NCBI GenBank assembly: GCA_046290465.1
Contig: JBKAGP010000001.1
Coordinates: 2,016,001-2,080,000, forward strand
Reading direction: 5' to 3'
Origin: Planctomycetota bacterium
GTDB taxonomy: Bacteria; Planctomycetota; UBA1135; UBA2386
Length of the DNA stretch: 64,000 bases
Shown here: positions 60,256 through 64,000 of the stretch, in pieces
Layout: each line of letters begins with the position of its first letter
How positions within the stretch are numbered: the first letter of the stretch is position 1
Position numbers and translations under genes: made by a program
Notes under the pieces: generated by a model
The model's input: only the letters and a program-made list of their open reading frames with translations
Databases searched by the model: none
Told to the model about the DNA's origin: nothing

Positions 60256-61920
60256 GTGAACTACGCCCTGCCCAGCCTGCTGATCGCTGCTCTCTGCATC
60301 GCCGACGGTGCCCAGGCACAGACCCTCAAGGGTCGCAAATGGAGCCACGAGAAGCACGGCATCAAGATGACGATCCCGGACGGCTATGACGTCGTCCCCC
60401 TGCAGATCGACGAGCAATGGATCGTCGCCAAGTTCCTCTCCGAGAAGAGCTACATCTCGAAGAGCAAGGAATACAACCACGAGCACAAGCCGCTGATGCG
60501 CGTGATCGTCTTCACCGAGAAGGCGAAGAAGGGCACCGGCACCGAGGTGCACGAGAGCGAGGACGGCAAGACCAAGTTCGTCGGCATCGGCGCCGTCCCC
60601 TACCAGGGCTACCGCGACTACGTGAAGCGCCACCGCAAGGGCTTCTTCTTCTCCAAGGAGGAGGACGACAAGATCGGCGGTGAGGAAGCGCTGATGTGCG
60701 AGATCCAGGTGCACAAGAGCGAGCCGAAGCTGCACATCTACTCGGTCGTGTTCCGTCGCCCGACGTTCGAGATGGCGGTCGAGTTCGAGTGCCTGGAGGA
60801 CCGCAAGGATCGCGTCGAGAAGCACATCATGCGGACGCTCAACAGCATCCGCTTCGAGGAGCCGGCCGCCGGCGCGACCGCGGTCATCACCGGCAACAAG
60901 AAGGCCCGCCGCACCTCGACCCGCCTGTGGACCGCGTTCCGCAACGAGTGGCGCAAGCGCCCGCACGAGGAACGCCACCAGATCCGTAAGGAGATGGAGG
61001 AGGACCATCACGCCAAGGTCCGCAAGCTCACGCCCGACGACTGGACCGTCAGCGAGTCGCGCCACTTCCTCGTCGTCAGCCACGCCGGGGACAAGTTCAC
61101 CGACCAGATGACCACGGGCGCCGAGATGTTCTGGGAGTGGTGCGAGGACGAGTTCGGCAAGCTCGGTGAGGACTACGTGCGCCGCCCGGTCCTGCGCCTG
61201 TGCAAGGACGCCGACGAGTACGCAGCGTTCCACTTCGACTCGTCCAACAACACCGGCTGGTCGCTGGTCGGCGCCGAGCGCGAGATCGGCACCTACTACG
61301 ACAACTACAACGGCTCGTCGGGCCGCGACGTCAGCCTGCTGTTCCCCGGCATCCTGGTGCACTTCCTGCAGGAGAAGGATCCCTACATCGTCTCCTACAC
61401 GCCGTACTGGCTGACCTGGGCGCTCAACGACTACGTCAGCGAGTGCTACGTCAAGGGCCGCAAGCTCGACTTCCGCGTCGGCGACTACACCCGCGACGAG
61501 GCCCGCGACATGGTGCGCGAGGACAAGCTGCCCGAGCTGAAGGAACTGCTGGCGCGCAGCGAGTCGGAGTTCACCAAGGCGATGAACGCGGACCGTCGCA
61601 ACGCCTACGCCACCTCACAGGCGCTGCGCTACGTGCTCAAGCAGAAGCGCGACAAGTCGTTCAAGGACTTCATCAACCGCTACTTCGAGGCCGCCATCGC
61701 GGTCGGCGAGAAGCACGGCGACAAGGGCGGCCGCACGTTCCAGGCGGCCGAGACCGAGGAAGAGGAGGAGCGGCGCGAGAAGGAATACGCCGATGCCTCG
61801 AAGGCGCGCGCCAAGAAGCTCCAGGAGGAGATCAACAAGCTGATGCTGTCGGAGATCCCCGACAAGAGCTGGAAGAAGCACGAAAAGGCGTTCGCCAAGT
61901 TCGTCAAGAAGGGCAAGTAG
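60256..61920 (+). CDS. Secreted protein with a degenerate DUF1570/gluzincin-like domain
   Basis: GTG start with GAGAGG RBS; signal ending AQA|Q; SRHF, RLCKDADEY, PYWL..AL.DY resemble the neighbour but HExxH is missing. Confidence 0.75.
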   Translation: MNYALPSLLIAALCIADGAQAQTLKGRKWSHEKHGIKMTIPDGYDVVPLQIDEQWIVAKFLSEKSYISKSKEYNHEHKPLMRVIVFTEKAKKGTGTEVHESEDGKTKFVGIGAVPYQGYRDYVKRHRKGFFFSKEEDDKIGGEEALMCEIQVHKSEPKLHIYSVVFRRPTFEMAVEFECLEDRKDRVEKHIMRTLNSIRFEEPAAGATAVITGNKKARRTSTRLWTAFRNEWRKRPHEERHQIRKEMEEDHHAKVRKLTPDDWTVSESRHFLVVSHAGDKFTDQMTTGAEMFWEWCEDEFGKLGEDYVRRPVLRLCKDADEYAAFHFDSSNNTGWSLVGAEREIGTYYDNYNGSSGRDVSLLFPGILVHFLQEKDPYIVSYTPYWLTWALNDYVSECYVKGRKLDFRVGDYTRDEARDMVREDKLPELKELLARSESEFTKAMNADRRNAYATSQALRYVLKQKRDKSFKDFINRYFEAAIAVGEKHGDKGGRTFQAAETEEEEERREKEYADASKARAKKLQEEINKLMLSEIPDKSWKKHEKAFAKFVKKGK

Positions 61921-61922
61921 TC

Positions 61923-63461
61923 ATGACCGCGTTCCCCCATCTGCGAGCCCTGCCGCTCGCCACCGTCACTGCGCTCGGCCTCGCGGCCGGCGCCGCCGCC
62001 CAGGACAGCATCCAGCTGACCGACGGCCGCTTCATCATCGACCAGAAGATCAGCAAGCACGAGAAGGGCGCGGTCATCCACTACCAGCACGGCGACGTGA
62101 TCGTGCCCAAGGAGCTGATCCGCACGTGCAGCGCGTTCGCTGCCAACGCGATCGAGAGCACCTACACCGCCGAAGAACAGGCCAAGGTCGACAAGGGCCA
62201 GGTGCTGTTCGAGGGCAAGTGGATCCCCGAGAAGAAGCGCGACAAGATCCTCGCCGAGCGACGCAAGACGCGCGCCGAGCGCATCGAGGAGGCCAAGAAG
62301 CACCGCCTGTGGCGCAACCGCCACAAGCTCAACACCAAGAACTTCGCCTTCGAGTACACCATCGACCCGGAGGTGATGAAGCGCTACGCGGACATGCTGG
62401 AGGTCTACTACAAGACCTTCACCAAGACGTGGGGCATCAAGAAGCCGCGCGACATGGGCCGCCTGAAGGTCTGCTTCTACCACGACGCGGACTACTTCTA
62501 CCAGGTCGGCGGCGCGCCCAACGGCGTCATCGGCTACTTCCGCTTCGTCAAGCCGATCGAGCTCAACTTCTACTACGAGCGCCTCGACGAGGAGCTGACG
62601 CAGGACGTGCTGTTCCACGAGGCGAACCACTACCTGACCCACCTGATCGACCCGAAGTTCCACTACCCGAGCTGGGTGAACGAGTCGCTGGCCGAGTACT
62701 ACGGCGCCAGCGAGTGGGATCCGGACAAGAAGAAGATGCACGTCGGCAACCTCCAGGAGGGCCGCCTCGCGGTCATCCAGGACGCGATCCGTCGTGACGA
62801 GTGGCAGGGCCTCGAGGACCTGATCCGGCTGCCGCAGTCGTCGTTCACGGCGACCCACTACGCGTGGGGCTGGAGCTTCGTGCACTACCTGATGTCGGAG
62901 CCGAAGACCGCCAAGGCCTTCAAGAAGTTCTACCTGGCGCTGGGTCGCGACAAGAAGATCGACCGCGTGCCGCACTTCTACGACATCAAGAAGTGCGAGC
63001 CCGAGGTGCAGATCGAGGTCTTCAAGAAGTACCTGAAGGTCGACGACCTGAAGGAGGTCGAGAAGGGCTGGCACGACTACGTCAAGAGCCTCAAGGCGGC
63101 CAGCGCCGGCGGCTACCGCCGCGGCGGCGAGATCGCGCTGGCGCGCGGCATGCCGATCAAGGCGCAGCGTCTGTTCAAGACCGCGCTCGACATGGGCGAC
63201 ACCAGCTGCCTGACGCACTTCGGCTACGGCCGCGCGCTCTACCAGAAGGCCAAGTACGACGAGGCCAAGAAGCACTTCCAGGCCGCGGTCGACAGCGACC
63301 CGCTGCAGGGCCGCTTCTGGATGTACCTCGCCGACGCGATGGAGCGGCTCAACGGCGACAAGGACGAGATCGAGCGCATGCGCCGGCTCGCCGTCGAGAT
63401 CGAGCCCGACAACACCAACCTCATGATCCGCATGATGCGCGATCGTGAGCTGAACCGCTGA
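61923..63461 (+). CDS. Secreted DUF1570-like zinc metallopeptidase with C-terminal TPRs
   Basis: LFHEANH...PSWVNESLAEY gluzincin motif, YAWGWSFVHYL, TPR HFGYGRALYQKAKYDEA. Confidence 0.85.
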   Translation: MTAFPHLRALPLATVTALGLAAGAAAQDSIQLTDGRFIIDQKISKHEKGAVIHYQHGDVIVPKELIRTCSAFAANAIESTYTAEEQAKVDKGQVLFEGKWIPEKKRDKILAERRKTRAERIEEAKKHRLWRNRHKLNTKNFAFEYTIDPEVMKRYADMLEVYYKTFTKTWGIKKPRDMGRLKVCFYHDADYFYQVGGAPNGVIGYFRFVKPIELNFYYERLDEELTQDVLFHEANHYLTHLIDPKFHYPSWVNESLAEYYGASEWDPDKKKMHVGNLQEGRLAVIQDAIRRDEWQGLEDLIRLPQSSFTATHYAWGWSFVHYLMSEPKTAKAFKKFYLALGRDKKIDRVPHFYDIKKCEPEVQIEVFKKYLKVDDLKEVEKGWHDYVKSLKAASAGGYRRGGEIALARGMPIKAQRLFKTALDMGDTSCLTHFGYGRALYQKAKYDEAKKHFQAAVDSDPLQGRFWMYLADAMERLNGDKDEIERMRRLAVEIEPDNTNLMIRMMRDRELNR

Positions 63462-63472
63462 TCGCGCGGCCA

Positions 63473-63490
63473 CCGGGGCTCACGCCCCGG
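63473..63490. terminator. Hairpin between convergent genes
   Basis: CCGGGGC-TCAC-GCCCCGG. Confidence 0.5.
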
Positions 63491-63495
63491 CGCGC

Positions 63496-64000
63496 CTAGC
63501 GCGACGCCTTGCCGCCGAACAGGACGCGGCGGGCGCCGGTCGCGACGTCGATCTCGACGATCTCGTGGCGGTCGCGCACGGTCACCTTCGGGTAGCCGTG
63601 CCACGCCAGCATCTGGATGCGGCTGACGACCCGATCGAGCCGGGCAACGCCCCCGTCGCGGTCGACCCGCACGAACGCCGGCCGGTTCTTGCTCTCGAAC
63701 TGCACCCAGACGCCCCCATCGGGATCGCGCGGCAGCAGCGACGAGCCGAGCGCCATCGGGCAGACGTGCGAGACCCACGTCGCGGTCTCCACCGGGCAAT
63801 CCAGCGGTTCCCGTTCGCCGGTCGCGGGGTCGATCAGCTCGAGGCCGACCTTCTGCGTGCCGGGCTCGGGCCGCACCGTCGCCAGCAGACGACGGTCGTC
63901 GAACAGGCCGAGGATCCGCCAGACGCCTTCGAGTTCGCGGGTCTCGTCGCCGTCGACCACGTCCCAGCGCACGGCCCCACGCGGCAAACGCTTGGGACGC
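63496..64000 (-). CDS. Hypothetical protein, 3' part (starts outside the window)
   Basis: Frame open to the window edge; beta-rich C-terminus ending EIDVATGARRVLF. Confidence 0.6.
   Translation of the reverse strand, partial: RPKRLPRGAVRWDVVDGDETRELEGVWRILGLFDDRRLLATVRPEPGTQKVGLELIDPATGEREPLDCPVETATWVSHVCPMALGSSLLPRDPDGGVWVQFESKNRPAFVRVDRDGGVARLDRVVSRIQMLAWHGYPKVTVRDRHEIVEIDVATGARRVLFGGKASR

Overview
High-GC bacterial chromosome segment, most likely from a planctomycete. This is inferred from the EF-Tu switch-I insertion 'AKGGTVRD' and the RpoB '[22 protein letters not shown]' motif. The left 10.4 kb is the canonical tRNA(Thr-Tyr-Gly-Thr)-tuf-tRNA(Trp)-secE-nusG-rplKAJL-rpoB-rpoC' cluster on the minus strand. 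Other housekeeping genes include an Smr-less mutS2, a metB-like gene, IHF/HU, riboflavin synthase, trmD-rplS-secDF-nadB-hflX, pyc and kdsB-pyrG. The rest of the window is rich in secreted and envelope proteins. The most noteworthy features are: (1) a 2.5-kb lower-GC three-gene cassette encoding a secreted 12-Cys miniprotein of two 6-Cys modules, a membrane-anchored beta-sandwich protein and a MauE/DoxX-type CGCFG membrane protein; (2) an MCE/Mla operon headed by a lipoprotein with about 20 aromatic-Pro repeats; (3) a shared ~120-aa C-terminal domain on three unrelated secreted proteins, a candidate sorting signal; (4) a C39 peptidase / RimK ATP-grasp / GCS2 ligase / N-formylglutamate amidohydrolase operon; (5) a Gln-at-+1 pattern in signal-peptide proteins; (6) an EF-Tu with Ala at the P-loop Asp; (7) an active/inactive gluzincin pair. 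No CRISPR array, integrase or transposase was seen. All calls come from reading the sequence by eye, with no database search.
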